The position numbers were made by a program, and so were the translations under genes. This document shows, piece by piece, positions 36,866-51,874 of a stretch of 64,000 nt of DNA (position 1 is its first letter; the number at the start of each line of letters is the position of its first letter). The DNA comes from Octopus bimaculoides (Eukaryota): NCBI RefSeq assembly GCF_001194135.2, contig NC_069001.1, forward strand, positions 9,915,901-9,979,900, in the 5' to 3' direction. The notes beneath the pieces are model-generated. The model searched no databases. It worked only from the letters and a program-made list of their open reading frames with translations, and was not told where the DNA came from.

Positions 36866-37504
36866 TCAAAAAGACGCTAATATATCCTACATTCACTCAA
36901 TAAACATTTATCATCACATCTCTGTCGATGACACGTTTTGCTGATGATTGCTTCCATAGTTTACAGTCAGCAGTGATCAATGTTATCACAGGGCATGACA
37001 TAACACATGTTCATATTACGCCTCCCGTTACAAGATATTAATTACTTTCCTACGGATTGCGCTCATATTGCGATCAGCCCTTCGAAGTCTGACTTAAGTT
37101 TTACAAACAAACTATAACGGATCCCCAAAGTTTGCCATTTCGGTTAGGTCTTGTGTGATCTCAGTAATCGAAACAATATTTATGCAGTTTGAAAATATTA
37201 ATAAAACCGTTATCATTTGTCATTTACACAACTGGTTTTCTGGTATTGAGCAATCTTTTTCGTATCATTGTTATGAATAATAGCAAGGCGCTCTATTGGC
37301 AGAAACGGTTGCATGCCATAATATTAATACTAAGCAGTTGGGGACGATAAAATAAGTACCAGCTGAGCACTTGGGACAATGCACTGGACTTAACTCTTCC
37401 CCAAAATTCATGGCCTTGTGACAAATTTGAAACCAATATCATGAGCAATATTCTTCAGGTGGCTATCATCATAGAAGAAATGCGTTCCAAAAAATAATTA
37501 GGAT

Positions 37505-37690
37505 CATCATCATCATCTTCTTCTTCCTTCTTCTTCATCGTCTTCTTCTTCTTCTTCCTTCTTCTTCATCGTCTTCTTCTTCTTCCTTCTTCTTCATCGT
37601 CTTCTTCCTTCTTCATCGTCTTCTTCTTCTTCGTCTTCGTCTTCTTCTTCTTCTTCATCGTCTTCTTTCTCATCGTCATCTTCTTTCTCA
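37505..37690. repeat. (TTC)n-based repeat with higher-order unit ttcttcttccttcttcttcatcgtc
   Basis: Read directly from the sequence. Confidence 0.9.
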
Positions 37691-38810
37691 TCGTCATCTT
37701 CTTTTTTCCTTTCTTTTTCTCTTCTTCGCCCTTTCTTTTTTTCTTTTCTATGCGAATGTGTGCGTATTTAAAAGAGACATATATATAAGAATGTGTGAAA
37801 AAAAAAAGAGAAGAGACAAAGATAATATATGCAAGTGAAAGACAGAGGGAAGATTAGATAGGTAGATAGAGAGAGAGAGGAGGGAGAGAGACGGAGAGAG
37901 AGAGGAGGGAGAGAGACGGAGAGAGATAAAGAGAGAGAGAGTGAAGACAGAGTGAGAGACCGAAGAGGGAATGCAGAGTTGAGATGAAAAGATATCACAC
38001 TGATATCTAAATAATATTCAGACAACGTCGTCAAAATCATTGCGTTAACTGATTGCGTGTAAATCAAATTTTATATATATTTCTCTGTTCCGTTTTCCAA
38101 TTTTGATAGTGTTCAACGCTCCAAAATATCAGCACTAAAATATAGATGATATCACACCAGCTGATATGATCATCACTTCAAAATATCATGTTATAAAACT
38201 GAAATTATGAAGTTGTCCGAGTCAATTCATATCTGATGTAATTTATAACTGTTTGAGCAAACGTTATCTCTTGAATCATACGTCTATGCTACTGCTATGG
38301 TTATGTTTAGGATCAAGTTGACGTTATAGAAATATGGCCACTTCGGTGTTACTTTGTTATTTCATCAAATATGATTCGTAAAAAAAGACCTCAGTAGAAC
38401 TTTAAAAATATGCTAAAGTTATTAATGCCTACGCACAGGTCAGTCCTTGCGGGGGAAGAATTGGGATATTAATCGTTCCAGCCATGTAAATTCCGACTCC
38501 ATAACACAATGTGATATAATCTAATTAAACCTTTACTCATTCAACGATGCCAAATTCAGTGAGACCGAAGTGGGTGTTCTCCTCCAGCTATTTAATAGAA
38601 ACCTCTCCATGTGTTTTGAAAATGATGGGAGTAATATAACTGGGATAATATAACAGCAGTTGTTGTTCTACTACCAGATGCATCCGAATATAAACTTATT
38701 GTTGCAGAGCTTTGTTTTTAGCAATACATTAGGATAAAAGAATAAATTTTTAGTGAAAATAGGTAAAAAACAACAGAGAATTCCACCCTATATGAATACC
38801 TATATTTCTG

Positions 38811-38852
<42 letters not shown>

Positions 38853-39671
38853 CACAACAAAGTAAGCATATGTAATGTGAAACAATGTGGAATAAAATAG
38901 TACTCGAATACCGGAGGTGGAGTAAAATGCTTTAATATTATTAATGCTGCAAAAACATAGCTTTAATAATAATAACGTATATATATGTACCCACACACAC
39001 ACTTTTATGTATCGATTTATTACACAATTACAAAAGAACTACTGACAGTTTCATGCTTTCAAGATACTTTAAATTAGGCGAATTATGAAACATGCTGTGT
39101 TTCACAAAGCAATCGTTCGATTTCTGGTCATGCTTTACATGTATTTTCAAAAACCATACACACATATAAGCAAAATAATTATAAAGATAGACAATTTAGA
39201 GACTCAAACTTTATTTCTTTCTATTTCACAATGTAATAAAGCATATTTTTATGATTACGCCGACCTACACGTGTTTCTACGGAGCAGAGTACTACCAGTT
39301 CCATATGCAACGGGGAATATGTTTCTGAACAGCTCCGTTCAACCAGGTTGTCTCGAAGCTGGTTGAAATGGTAGATCATATATCCACATACATATATACA
39401 CATACATATGTACAAATCTATGTAGGGAATATATAGTGGACGTACATAAAAATATATCATGCATATTTACATACTTATATGCAGTTATATATGCGTGTGT
39501 GTGAGTGTATGTATGTGTGTGCGTACATGAGCACATTTATTTATGAACATGTTGTCGTGTTCTCAACGACACAGTACTTAATAAATTTATGTACTTACGT
39601 ACACATCTGTGTATGAATATGTGTATACACACACACACACGTACATATACCACTCTATTTACTATGTCTCC

Positions 39672-39709
<38 letters not shown>

Positions 39710-40259
39710 GTGTGTGTATGTGTGTGTTTAATAAATTTAAATTTCATGAAATTCACAGAGACATAAGAGAGAGAGAGCGAGAGAAAGTGCACCAACACCT
39801 AATGAGGATTGGTGACGTGATACTTCAATGAAGCCACAATACTGTCAGTATGTTCTATGATATTTACATATGTTCATATATACATATATACACATATACA
39901 TACACACACACACACACAAAAATACATGCATATATATATATATATATATGCATGTATGTATGCATGTGTGTGCTTTTGTGACGCTTGTAGAGCTGAAGAT
40001 TGTGAAGAGACAGTATGAAAGTATTTAAAGAGAACAATAGAATTTAATTAACTGAAACATATGAACGACTAATATTGCAAAGACAATAGGGAATGGATGG
40101 TATCGCGAGGTGGTAATTTCGCAATATATCAATGGAGTTGTTATGAGTTCAAATAAAACCATTGTCGGCTGCAATTGTAAATTCAATAAGAAGGAATGAA
40201 CAGGAATAACATATGTAATATTCCTGAGGAGAAAACTACGTGTAAAATAGTGCAAAGTT

Positions 40260-40447
40260 CTATTAAGTGTGTGTGTGTGTGTATGCGCGCGCGTGTGCGT
40301 GTGTGTATGTGTGTGTGTGTGTTTCCATGTATATGTGTATATACACACACACATATGTATATAGATATATATATGTATATATATATATAAATATGTATAT
40401 AATTAAATATATATATATATTTGTATATATATACACACACACATATT

Positions 40448-40498
<51 letters not shown>

Positions 40499-40677
40499 AT
40501 ACATACATACATATGCATGTGTATACACACACACACATATATATATATATAGTAGGGGACATAGTAAATAGAGTGGTATATGTATGTGTGTATACATATA
40601 TTCATATAGAGATATGTACGTACGTACATACATACATATATACGTAATGTATACGTATATATATATATATATATATA

Positions 40678-40755
<78 letters not shown>

Positions 40756-40760
40756 GACGT
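40260..40760. repeat. Long (TG)/(TA)/(CA) compound microsatellite region
   Basis: Read directly from the sequence; source of many YI/CV ORFs. Confidence 0.9.
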
Positions 40761-41569
40761 ATATATCATATGTATGAAAGTAGATTACAATTTACTATGG
40801 AATAAAACCATTTTTATCTGTATAGCGATCGCTTTCAAGTTATAATTTTATTAAACGTGCATATATATTTACATACATGTATACGTACGTACATACATAA
40901 TTACATACACACATACAAACACACATACATACATAGAAGCATACATACATGCATACAAACGTAAATACATACACATACGTAAATAACGAAGGAGATGCGC
41001 TTGTTAATTTGCATTCACGTAGGAAACATGCCCAAGGCTTTATCGTACCCATTGTATACTTTCTCAGAAGAACATAAGTTGTTAATTGCAATAATTTACA
41101 TACGTTTTGCTTCTAATGCTTCATAATTGCATTTCGAATTTATTCAGCAAAATCTATTTCTACATGAAATTTAAGTTTAGTTCACTGTAATAATGTATTT
41201 TTAGGTTATGTTATTTTTTTTGTTTAATTCTATTGATAATATTTACTGTTGCGATGTTGTTTTGTTTAGTTTTATTTTATGTAATTTTTAATAATATCTA
41301 TATAGAAATATTTCTATGGAACAAAGACAAAAAAAATATATGAAAATAACCTCAAAACATTAAACATCAAATGCGAAAGAAGAAATAATTATTATAAAGA
41401 GTTTCAGAAAGTTTTAACTGTTAATGTAATTAAATTTCTAAACGGAAAAAGAAATGAAGACCCTACTACATATGTATCTGTCTAATCATATGGAAAAGAA
41501 AAAGAACATCCTAGTCTACATACCTATCTATTTATCTAAGTGTTAGTGTCTGTCTGTCTCTCTCTCTCC

Positions 41570-41577
41570 CTTTCTGT

Positions 41578-41619
<42 letters not shown>

Positions 41620-41776
41620 TTATATATATGTATGTATATGTGAGTGTGTGCGTATCAGTGTCTAGCAATATCTCTTTCCTCTTTACACACACACACAAAC
41701 ATACATATATACATATATATATATACATATCTATATACATACATATATATATATATACATATATATATATACATAC

Positions 41777-41807
<31 letters not shown>

Positions 41808-42796
41808 CATACATATATATATATATACATACATATATACATATATGTATATATCTATATACATACATATATACATATATGNNNNNNNNNNNNNNNNNNN
41901 NNNNNNNNNNNNNNNNNNNNNNNNNNNNNNNNNNNNNNNNNNNNNNNNNNNNNNNNNNNNNNNNNNNNNNNNNNNNNNNNNNNNNNNNNNNNNNNNNNNN
42001 NNNNNNNNNNNNNNNNNNNNNNNNNNNNNNNNNNNNNNNNNNNNNNNNNNNNNNNNNNNNNNNNNNNNNNNNNNNNNNNNNNNNNNNNNNNNNNNNNNNN
42101 NNNNNNNNNNNNNNNNNNNNNNNNNNNNNNNNNNNNNNNNNNNNNNNNNNNNNNNNNNNNNNNNNNNNNNNNNNNNNNNNNNNNNNNNNNNNNNNNNNNN
42201 NNNNNNNNNNNNNNNNNNNNNNNNNNNNNNNNNNNNNNNNNNNNNNNNNNNNNNNNNNNNNNNNNNNNNNNNNNNNNNNNNNNNNNNNNNNNNNNNNNNN
42301 NNNNNNNNNNNNNNNNNNNNNNNNNNNNNNNNNNNNNNNNNNNNNNNNNNNNNNNNNNNNNNNNNNNNNNNNNNNNNNNNNNNNNNNNNNNNNNNNNNNN
42401 NNNNNNNNNNNNNNNNNNNNNNNNNNNNNNNNNNNNNNNNNNNNNNNNNNNNNNNNNNNNNNNNNNNNNNNNNNNNNNNNNNNNNNNNNNNNNNNNNNNN
42501 NNNNNNNNNNNNNNNNNNNNNNNNNNNNNNNNNNNNNNNNNNNNNNNNNNNNNNNNNNNNNNNNNNNNNNNNNNNNNNNNNNNNNNNNNNNNNNNNNNNN
42601 NNNNNNNNNNNNNNNNNNNNNNNNNNNNNNNNNNNNNNNNNNNNNNNNNNNNNNNNNNNNNNNNNNNNNNNNNNNNNNNNNNNNNNNNNNNNNNNNNNNN
42701 NNNNNNNNNNNNNNNNNNNNNNNNNNNNNNNNNNNNNNNNNNNNNNNNNNNNNNNNNNNNNNNNNNNNNNNNNNNNNNNNNNNNNNNNNNNNNNNN

Positions 42797-42843
<47 letters not shown>

Positions 42844-42870
42844 TACATACATACACACACACACATATTT
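41570..42870. repeat. (CA)/(TA)/(TACA) microsatellite flanking a 915-N gap (41882-42796)
   Basis: Read directly from the sequence. Confidence 0.9.
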
Positions 42871-43435
42871 ATATTCTTTAAACGATTTGTAGGTGCGATA
42901 GAAGTCCATACGCGTATTACTGGTGGTGTATATACTTTTCCAAAGAGTGCTTGTTTCTTTTATTGTATGTGACACCTGATACATTTGGTGTTGGAGGTCT
43001 CCAATATAGTTTATTCTGCGAGGGAACCAGAGAGGTAATCGTTGTGTTTATGAGACCTAATCACTGATCTGAACTGGAAACGAAAGGGTGTATCATTCAC
43101 AGCTAGAAAGCAATTGATGTTAAGAGGGAGTTGCTAAAACCTGTTGTATTGCAATGGGAAAAGGTGAATGTAGTGTTTTTCAGTTCGAAAATGTGAATGC
43201 AATGTTTTTAGACGTTACCTTCGCAAGGAGTTAGATAAATGGTTAGATAAGGTAGCTAGCTAGCTAGCTAGATAGATAGATATATAGATAGATAGAGAAA
43301 GATAGAGAGAAAGAGAGAGAATGAGGTACAGGAAATGAGAGACAGATTTTGAGAAAAAGAGAGATAAAACCAAGCCAGATCAAACTACGACGGAAGATAT
43401 TGTTTTGGAGAAACAAGTTTACATGGATGTAGACA

Positions 43436-43590
43436 TATGAGGGTGGGCTGAAATGTTCAAAGGCTGATTATGGAGGGCTGATACTAGAGCTGTGAAATTT
43501 TGCATGCAAACTCGTGTTATGAATAACAGCATTGTTTCGTTCCAGATAAAACGTTATCTGACTCTTGAGAGAAGACTTCAGAAGTAGCTA
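43436..43590 (+). mobile_element. 5' end (left TIR plus leader) of a mariner, probably the same family as 35770-36111
   Basis: TAtgagggtgggctgaaatgttcaaaggctga matches the reverse complement of the 36.1-kb right end (..tgaaatgttcataggttga). It stops at a (TA)n tract. Confidence 0.6.
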
Positions 43591-43594
43591 TGTA

Positions 43595-43647
<53 letters not shown>

Positions 43648-44728
43648 GCATATATGGGTACAGGATATCAAGAAAACGTCAACAAAATGAGAGAAGAGAA
43701 CATAAATAACAAAACTATAGAAGACGAACTTTTTTACGAACGGCGAAAGAAAGAAATAAAGAAACGAGACAGGCAACATAAAGAACATTCTCTTTATCAG
43801 TTGTCCCCTGTTTTATCTACTCCGCGTTTCGAAGGTAGGGACAAGACGTGACTTCGTTAAAACAGTCCTTCCCGCAAAGCAAATTAAATACAATTTGGGA
43901 TTTTTTTCGGATCCCTCATGATCTTTCGCCAGTCCTTCGACGATCCTTAACATCGGGAGCACTTCTGTATGCAATTTACTACGTTACTATAATCTATAAA
44001 CTGATAACGGGCTATGAACACTAAATAGCATGAATATTACGAACCGTACCCAGGAATATCTAATCTCCAAAGAGACAAAATATTTGCAACGAAATTTTGC
44101 ACTATATTTATTTATGTTCACCAAACCCTCCCGAGCTTTTTTCTTGCGCACAATTATTTTTTGTCATAATTAAGAAAATAAACTTCTTACATCTCTGATA
44201 AGATAAAAAAAATTTGAGACGGAAGGTGTTATTGAATTATACACCCACCCGCAAATTAACTTTTCCTAGTTGTGTCTTGAAGCGCCTAAAAGTAATAAGA
44301 AACATGTTTAGATTTTAATATCCGATATCTGATCCTTTAATGAAGGTGAATCACGGATCTGGAATTCCTTTCTTTTCGTTTGTTCATTAAAAAAAAATGG
44401 ATTAACTGCTACTGGCATTATTGTTGATTGAATTGATATTGTGTTTATAAGAATGACAATGCACCGCTCGTTCTCCCTTTTAAAAAATCATCATCATCTT
44501 CTTCTTTTTCTTCTTCTACCCTCCTCCTCCTTCGCCTTCTTCACATGCAAGTCAGTCACCAAAATGTTGTTGATAATATTGCAGTGACAACAGAGAGAGA
44601 GAGAGAGAGAGAGAAAAATAGATAGATAGAGTGATAGTTGAATAGAAACAGATAAAATATTGGACATCCTATGATGGTTACGTTATCGTTGTTATTATTA
44701 GTATTATTATTTCCACTACTACTACTAC

Positions 44729-44759
<31 letters not shown>

Positions 44760-46418
44760 CACTATTTTTATTCATTTGTGTCATTAAGCAAAACTACGTC
44801 CGTCTTCATTGTTTTATTTATTCTATTCAATTTTTAGAAAATACTGAAGTCTGTCTTTGACAATTCCGAGGTGGATTGCAGCTTATTTTGTGTGTGGCAT
44901 TTGGTCCATTCCTGAATATTTATATACAAATATATATTTCCCGTTTCTAACGGAAGTGCTGTCGTCAAGCTGACAACAGCCTGTGATCCACCTTGGCCAA
45001 TAACAACCCATTTTCCAGCAGTCATCTTGGNNNNNNNNNNNNNNNNNNNNNNNNNNNNNNNNNNNNNNNNNNNNNNNNNNNNNNNNNNNNNNNNNNNNNN
45101 NNNNNNNNNNNNNNNNNNNNNNNNNNNNNNNNNNNNNNNNNNNNNNNNNNNNNNNNNNNNNNNNNNNNNNNNNNNNNNNNNNNNNNNNNNNNNNNNNNNN
45201 NNNNNNNNNNNNNNNNNNNNNNNNNNNNNNNNNNNNNNNNNNNNNNNNNNNNNNNNNNNNNNNNNNNNNNNNNNNNNNNNNNNNNNNNNNNNNNNNNNNN
45301 NNNNNNNNNNNNNNNNNNNNNNNNNNNNNNNNNNNNNNNNNNNNNNNNNNNNNNNNNNNNNNNNNNNNNNNNNNNNNNNNNNNNNNNNNNNNNNNNNNNN
45401 NNNNNNNNNNNNNNNNNNNNNNNNNNNNNNNNNNNNNNNNNNNNNNNNNNNNNNNNNNNNNNNNNNNNNNNNNNNNNNNNNNNNNNNTATATATATATAT
45501 ATATATATATTCTTAAAAAGCAGCAAAACTATGACAAAAACTGTTACTCAGAGGTTTACGCTCCCGTTCTTCGGACAGTCTTGTTTAGAATGAAGCAAGA
45601 TAAAGTTATATGCAGAAATACAATTACTTTGATAGATACACATTTGAAAATGGTTTTGTTTCATTGGTCCTTTCAACTAACAGTCTTTTTAATAACCGGT
45701 TACATGAAATAACAAGTAACGGTTTATTACTCTATCTCTGGTATTCGAGTACTATTTTTTCCACCTTGTTTCGCATTTATGTGCTTACTCTGGTATATAT
45801 ATATATAGAGGGTAAGAAAGAGAAAGATAGGTAGATAGATAGATATACCTGACAGTAAGAAAATGTGGCTGTTTAATTCATAACATGTGAAATGATTACA
45901 CCGTGTAATATAGCGTTCTTCGTGTTATCTCCCCTGTTCTGCCACTTGCTAAATAAATAAATAAAAATTCGGGTACTGCGTTCAGTGCATTACCATTGAC
46001 GATAATTATCAGAATTCATAACAGTGACCCCTATCGGTTATTTCTCTGAACTCACAAAACACACACACACGTACATGCACTCCAGCGTGCACATACACAT
46101 GCACGCATGCACACACAGACAAACAGAAAACGCATACAGAGGCATACACATATATGTATGTAAATATTGTACTATCTTTACATTACCGAATGCGTGTGTA
46201 GACACGCATATACACATATTTAGCAGTTCGCATACGAAAGCACACCTAAATAAATGTATATTTAAGACATATCGCCAACTATGTGTATAACAGAGATTTA
46301 TAGATTTGTACTAACAAAAGAAAAAAAAAAGAAAAAAATAAGCATAGCCAAGACCCACCGCCACCACCATCAACACCACGAAAAAATATATACATTTCAA
46401 TACATTTCTGTAAAAAAT

Positions 46419-46449
<31 letters not shown>

Positions 46450-47446
46450 GCACAAAGACTTTCAATATGGAATGGTAATAAAATTCCTCTTAATATAGAT
46501 ATTATAAAGCAGAATCAATTAATGGTATTTTTAAATGAAACAGACGCTGCACTCACTAATCTCATTTCATCGTTTTCTTCGTCTCCATTATTTATGTATT
46601 TATTTATTTATTTTTTTGTCGGTATTTTTTTTATCTTTTCTTGATTTAGGCTTTGTCATTCGTTTCATTGTTTTGGAAGTCTAATTGAAAACGTATATGT
46701 CATAATATTTTATGATGCAGTAGCACATTGCCAAAGAATGCCAACTTTTCTACTTCTCCGTTTCAGTTTTTGCCATAATGCGTCGCAGAACACAGACGAA
46801 TTCTCACACATACACGCACGGCACCATTCATAAACGCTTACGCACAATCAGATCATACAGTTACTTACGAACGTGTTATTTTTCTCTTCTACAATATATA
46901 TATCACTGTCAATTAAGAGGAAAAATATCAAGAAGAGCTAAAGCAAAAAGCATGGCAAAACATAACAATATCCGCAAAAAATACTTCCCTCGCTACACAA
47001 AAAAAAAAAAAAAAAAAAAAANNNNNNNNNNNNNNNNNNNNNNNNNNNNNNNNNNNNNNNNNNNNNNNNNNNNNNNNNNNNNNNNNNNNNNNNNNNNNNN
47101 NNNNNNNNNNNNNNNNNNNNNNNNNNNNNNNNNNNNNNNNNNNNNNNNNNNNNNNNNNNNNNNNNNNNNNNNNNNNNNNNNNNNNNNNNNNNNNNNNNNN
47201 NNNNNNNNNNNNNNNNNNNNNNNNNNNNNNNNNNNNNNNNNNNNNNNNNNNNNNNNNNNNNNNNNNNNNNNNNNNNNNNNNNNNNNNNNNNNNNNNNNNN
47301 NNNNNNNNNNNNNNNNNNNNNNNNNNNNNNNNNNNNNNNNNNNNNNNNNNNNNNNNNNNNNNNNNNNNNNNNNNNNNNNNNNNNNNNNNNNNTATATATA
47401 TATATATATATATATATGTACATGTATGTGTGTGTATGTATGTATA

Positions 47447-47493
<47 letters not shown>

Positions 47494-48069
47494 AGAAACA
47501 TAGATACAGTAGTTGTTTTTTTCAGTCCCCACTAACCTGGCAAAATAGGAAAACAAGAATTCTTTGATGTGTTAGTAATGTCGCTATGACAAAAGAATAT
47601 TATTGAAATACAGAGAGAAAAAAATAATAACAACAATAAATATATCAATAAATAAATAATAAAATAAGGAAATATATTAAAAAGGAGCAAATAAAAAAGC
47701 ATTAACGAAAAATATATAAAAATGAGATACAATGCTCTACAATAATAGTATAAAAAATTGTGTTAGTAATAACAATATAAGTAGAGGCAGGCATGGAACT
47801 CTAGAAAACAGATGAAAATAATAATGATAACGATAGCAATAATGATAATAATAATTATAATAACAGTAGTGATGATAATGATAATATAACAACAGGAATC
47901 GGAGAAGTAAAAGTACAAATATATATTATAATAAACGGAAGACATCAAACGTACTCTATTTAAACGTGATATTAATATCACTTTTGCTCAGTAAATATCA
48001 ATGTTCCATACTACAACATTATCATCACTTATACACAAACACACGGACAAGCACACAGGCACACACGCA

Positions 48070-48122
<53 letters not shown>

Positions 48123-49495
48123 ATGTGTGTGTGTGTGTTTATGTATTCATATATCTTTATATGTATATATATAAGTATATGTATACATATATATGTGCAT
48201 ATATGTATATATATATTTATTTTTATGAATATGCGTATAAATATGTATATATGTATATATACATCTATATACATACACACACACACACACATATATATAT
48301 GTGTGTGTATGTCTGTCAATGTAAGGGCTGAGAGTTAGTATGCGTGTATGTATAATGTAAACACACGCACGCATGTATTGTGTTCCTGCGTTTATATATT
48401 TGACTATTAGTTTATCTAAGTGAATATGCGGGTATGGAGATACGTATGCATACAGACACAAGTTTATATGCATACATTAGTCAGGTTGTAATTTGTGATA
48501 TCCACTAGATGATTGAATGGAAATATCCGTCCGTGCGTTTATCTACGCATTTCCATGCACTTATTACATATAATATTTGTACCAGATATTTCATAGGATA
48601 TATTCAAACAATCTGCAACTCTTAATTGCCAAATATTTATGTGCTATACAATATATATGTGTTGCACACAGACGTCCGTACCTACATCCACACCTATGTT
48701 ACATATGTATACATGCTGTTGCAAACGTATTGACATATGCTTTTAAATTTTATATATATATATATATNNNNNNNNNNNNNNNNNNNNNNNNNNNNNNNNN
48801 NNNNNNNNNNNNNNNNNNNNNNNNNNNNNNNNNNNNNNNNNNNNNNNNNNNNNNNNNNNNNNNNNNNNNNNNNNNNNNNNNNNNNNNNNNNNNNNNNNNN
48901 NNNNNNNNNNNNNNNNNNNNNNNNNNNNNNNNNNNNNNNNNNNNNNNNNNNNNNNNNNNNNNNNNNNNNNNNNNNNNNNNNNNNNNNNNNNNNNNNNNNN
49001 NNNNNNNNNNNNNNNNNNNNNNNNNNNNNNNNNNNNNNNNNNNNNNNNNNNNNNNNNNNNNNNNNNNNNNNNNNNNNNNNNNNNNNNNNNNNNNNNNNNN
49101 NNNNNNNNNNNNNNNNNNNNNNNNNNNNNNNNNNNNNNNNNNNNNNNNNNNNNNNNNNNNNNNNNNNNNNNNNNNNNNNNNNNNNNNNNNNNNNNNNNNN
49201 NNNNNNNNNNNNNNNNNNNNNNNNNNNNNNNNNNNNNNNNNNNNNNNNNNNNNNNNNNNNNNNNNNNNNNNNNNNNNNNNNNNNNNNNNNNNNNNNNNNN
49301 NNNNNNNNNNNNNNNNNNNNNNNNNNNNNNNNNNNNNNNNNNNNNNNNNNNNNNNNNNNNNNNNNNNNNNNNNNNNNNNNNNNNNNNNNNNNNNNNNNNN
49401 NNNNNNNNNNNNNNNNNNNNNNNNNNNNNNNNNNNNNNNNNNNNNNNNNNNNNNNNNNNNNNNNNNNNNNNNNNNNNNNNNNNNNNNNNNNNNNN

Positions 49496-49537
<42 letters not shown>

Positions 49538-50052
49538 TGTATATATGTATATATGTATATAAAACTTACGATTTCTCTACATTTTTTAAGTAAATGTATA
49601 TATATGGATACACACACATACACATATAAATACATATACATATACATGCATATATATATATAATATTACATAAGTACATTATTAATTCTGTTTGCTAAAC
49701 GTATAACCAAGAATAAAATGAATACACGTGTACAACTTAACACTAATATGCGGTGATTTGTCATTGCCAAATACACTTAAACTTTAAGTGGCAACTCTAA
49801 GTAGTGTCAATAGATATTAAAGGCCCACTCTAGTAATCGGCGGATGTACTTTAGTGGTGACACATTTTGGGTTTGTGAAACTAACGACAATATTTAACAC
49901 AACTTAGAAACTGATGCTCTTGTGTGGTTGGATGGGATCGTTTGAGTTAAGGAAGAAACAGATTTGCGTGAAATGATTATCAGCGTTGAGCCTCAACGTG
50001 GATGTAAGAGCGGTTAGTAATACCAGCAAACCTTTTGCAAAATGATCTAAAT

Positions 50053-50359
50053 CAGTGGTTTTGAAAGTGGACAGTACGGTCCCAGTGTGGGCAGTACGGT
50101 CCCAGTGTCGGCAGTGGAAAGGTCGGGAGGTGGCTTTGAAGTAAAACAGGGCAATAAATGTGTAGACACAAGGGGGCGATGTATGTAAAAAAGACAAAAC
50201 AATAATGGGTGAATTAGGTTAGGTTTTAGTTGTGAAATTGCACTTGTTTTGAATTTGCTGAAGTAATTAGTCTATGTTTTTGGTGGTGAGTGGGGGATTA
50301 CTAGGAATGGGGTCTGAGGACCATGGAGGCGGCAGCCTCAGAAAATACGGGTTCCACTA
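50053..50359. mobile_element. Degenerate hAT-like MITE (307 bp) with an internal 20-bp tandem duplication
   Basis: Starts CAGTGG, ends CCACTA. Flanks atctaaat (50045-52) and atctatat (50360-67) match at 7/8 and resemble the NTCTAGAN target of hAT-Charlie/Buster elements. Duplication cagtacggtcccagtgt(g/c)gg at 50072-50111. Confidence 0.5.
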
Positions 50360-50519
50360 ATCTATATAGATTTCTTCTACATCAATTTATCTGGTAAAAA
50401 AAAAATCAAGCAAATATTTGATATGGAAGTACACACTAGAAACCTTTGTCAAAGATACCTACGTAAATTAATAGGTGGAATGTATGTGATTATCAATGAA
50501 AAAGATCCTGACTAAAATA

Positions 50520-50605
50520 TTATTTCTTTATTGTCCACAGGGGGTTAAACATAGTAGGGGACAAAGAAGATAAACAGACAAAGGGATTGAGTCGATTAAG
50601 TCGAA
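50520..50605 (-). mobile_element. Isolated SINE-A1 3' tail
   Basis: tatttctttattgtccacagggg..aaacatag..ggggacaaa..acagacaaagggatt.agtcgatta. Confidence 0.8.
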
Positions 50606-50806
50606 AAAAAAAAAAAACTCAATTTTATTTCTCAGTCCATCATTTGACGCTGGATTTAACACCATTATCACTTCTATCCTTACATTTGAAAGCTTTGAAA
50701 ACAGTAAGAAGCAAAATACTTGTTCTGTATATTCGACTGTTGTCTGCACCACATAATTATTCGACCTTATCCCGACGTTATTCACATATTTTTTATGATT
50801 TGCTCC

Positions 50807-51240
50807 TTTTAATCATTCGACTTAGGCCAGGCTGGGGCACCGCTCTGAAGGATTTTCGCCGAAGGAATCATCACTAGTACTAATTTCTTTTTAAGCTTGG
50901 CACTTATTCTGCGATTCACCTTTAACGAGACGATAGGTCATGGGGACGTGTACATACCAGCAACGGTTGTCAAGCGGTAGTGAAAGACAAGTGCACACGC
51001 AAAATACACACATACACACAACACGCGCGCACCCCCACACAGAGAGACAAACACACATACACACACACATATGTATATACGACAAGCTTCGTTCAGTTTC
51101 CATCTACAAAATCCACTCATAAGGCTTTGGTCGGCCCGAGGCTATCGTAGAAGACACTTGCTCAAGGTGCCACGCAATGGGACTGAACCTGGAACCATAC
51201 AGTTGAGAAACCGGCTCCTTACCATACAACCACGCCTGTA
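50807..51240 (-). mobile_element. SINE-B, diverged
   Basis: ggctatcgtagaagacacttgctcaaggtgccacgcaatgggactgaacctggaacca, with internal (CA)n. Confidence 0.88.
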
Positions 51241-51826
51241 CCGATGTATTCCACATATTTACGAATTTGGTTTGTCGCATCTCAATAAAGGTAATATATG
51301 CCAAAAACAGAGAAAAAACAAAAACCAACCAAACAAAAAACAAGCAAATGAAGAAAGAAAAAATCAATCAATATCAAGATGATGTGTCTTTGATCTTTAC
51401 AAATTATATGTGTACAACAGTGTATATGAAGGATTTTTGAACACTTCGTAATCAGTGGGGCAGCATTTCGGATTAATAGTCGCTTATTTATTTAACAAGG
51501 AGTCTTTAGGTCATTTCTCTCGCCCGCACATTACAAGTGTGTCATATTTCGACTTGTCTGGCGCGATAACAATCTTCCGATTCAATCATGGTGGCCACCG
51601 TGTTATATAAGCAGCTGCATAGAGAGGCGTAATTGTGTTAGTGTGTTTCCCTGACATAGAAATGTGTGACATTTAATATCGTATAATTAATGCCCACTGT
51701 CTTGCAGCAAGTAATCCTTCAAGATATTACCTTCATAAATCTATCTTAAATATTTTTGCAAAGCATCCACACATACATTTTTTTCTAATAACAGAAATAG
51801 AAATGATCATGAAGATCATCATCATC

Positions 51827-51864
<38 letters not shown>

Positions 51865-51874
51865 TATTATTATT

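Noticed and set aside
41628-42984. Longest ORFs in the track (up to 442 aa) here and at 6060, 12221, 15513, 32848, 44834, 46778, 48577
   Set aside because: They are open only because N-runs translate as X and the flanks are (TA)n/(CA)n. Not coding evidence.
44834-45030. Open frames next to a gap (KMTAGKWVVIGQGG.. / DCWKMGCYWPRW..)
   Set aside because: Truncated by Ns, no convincing splice donor, no recognisable domain.
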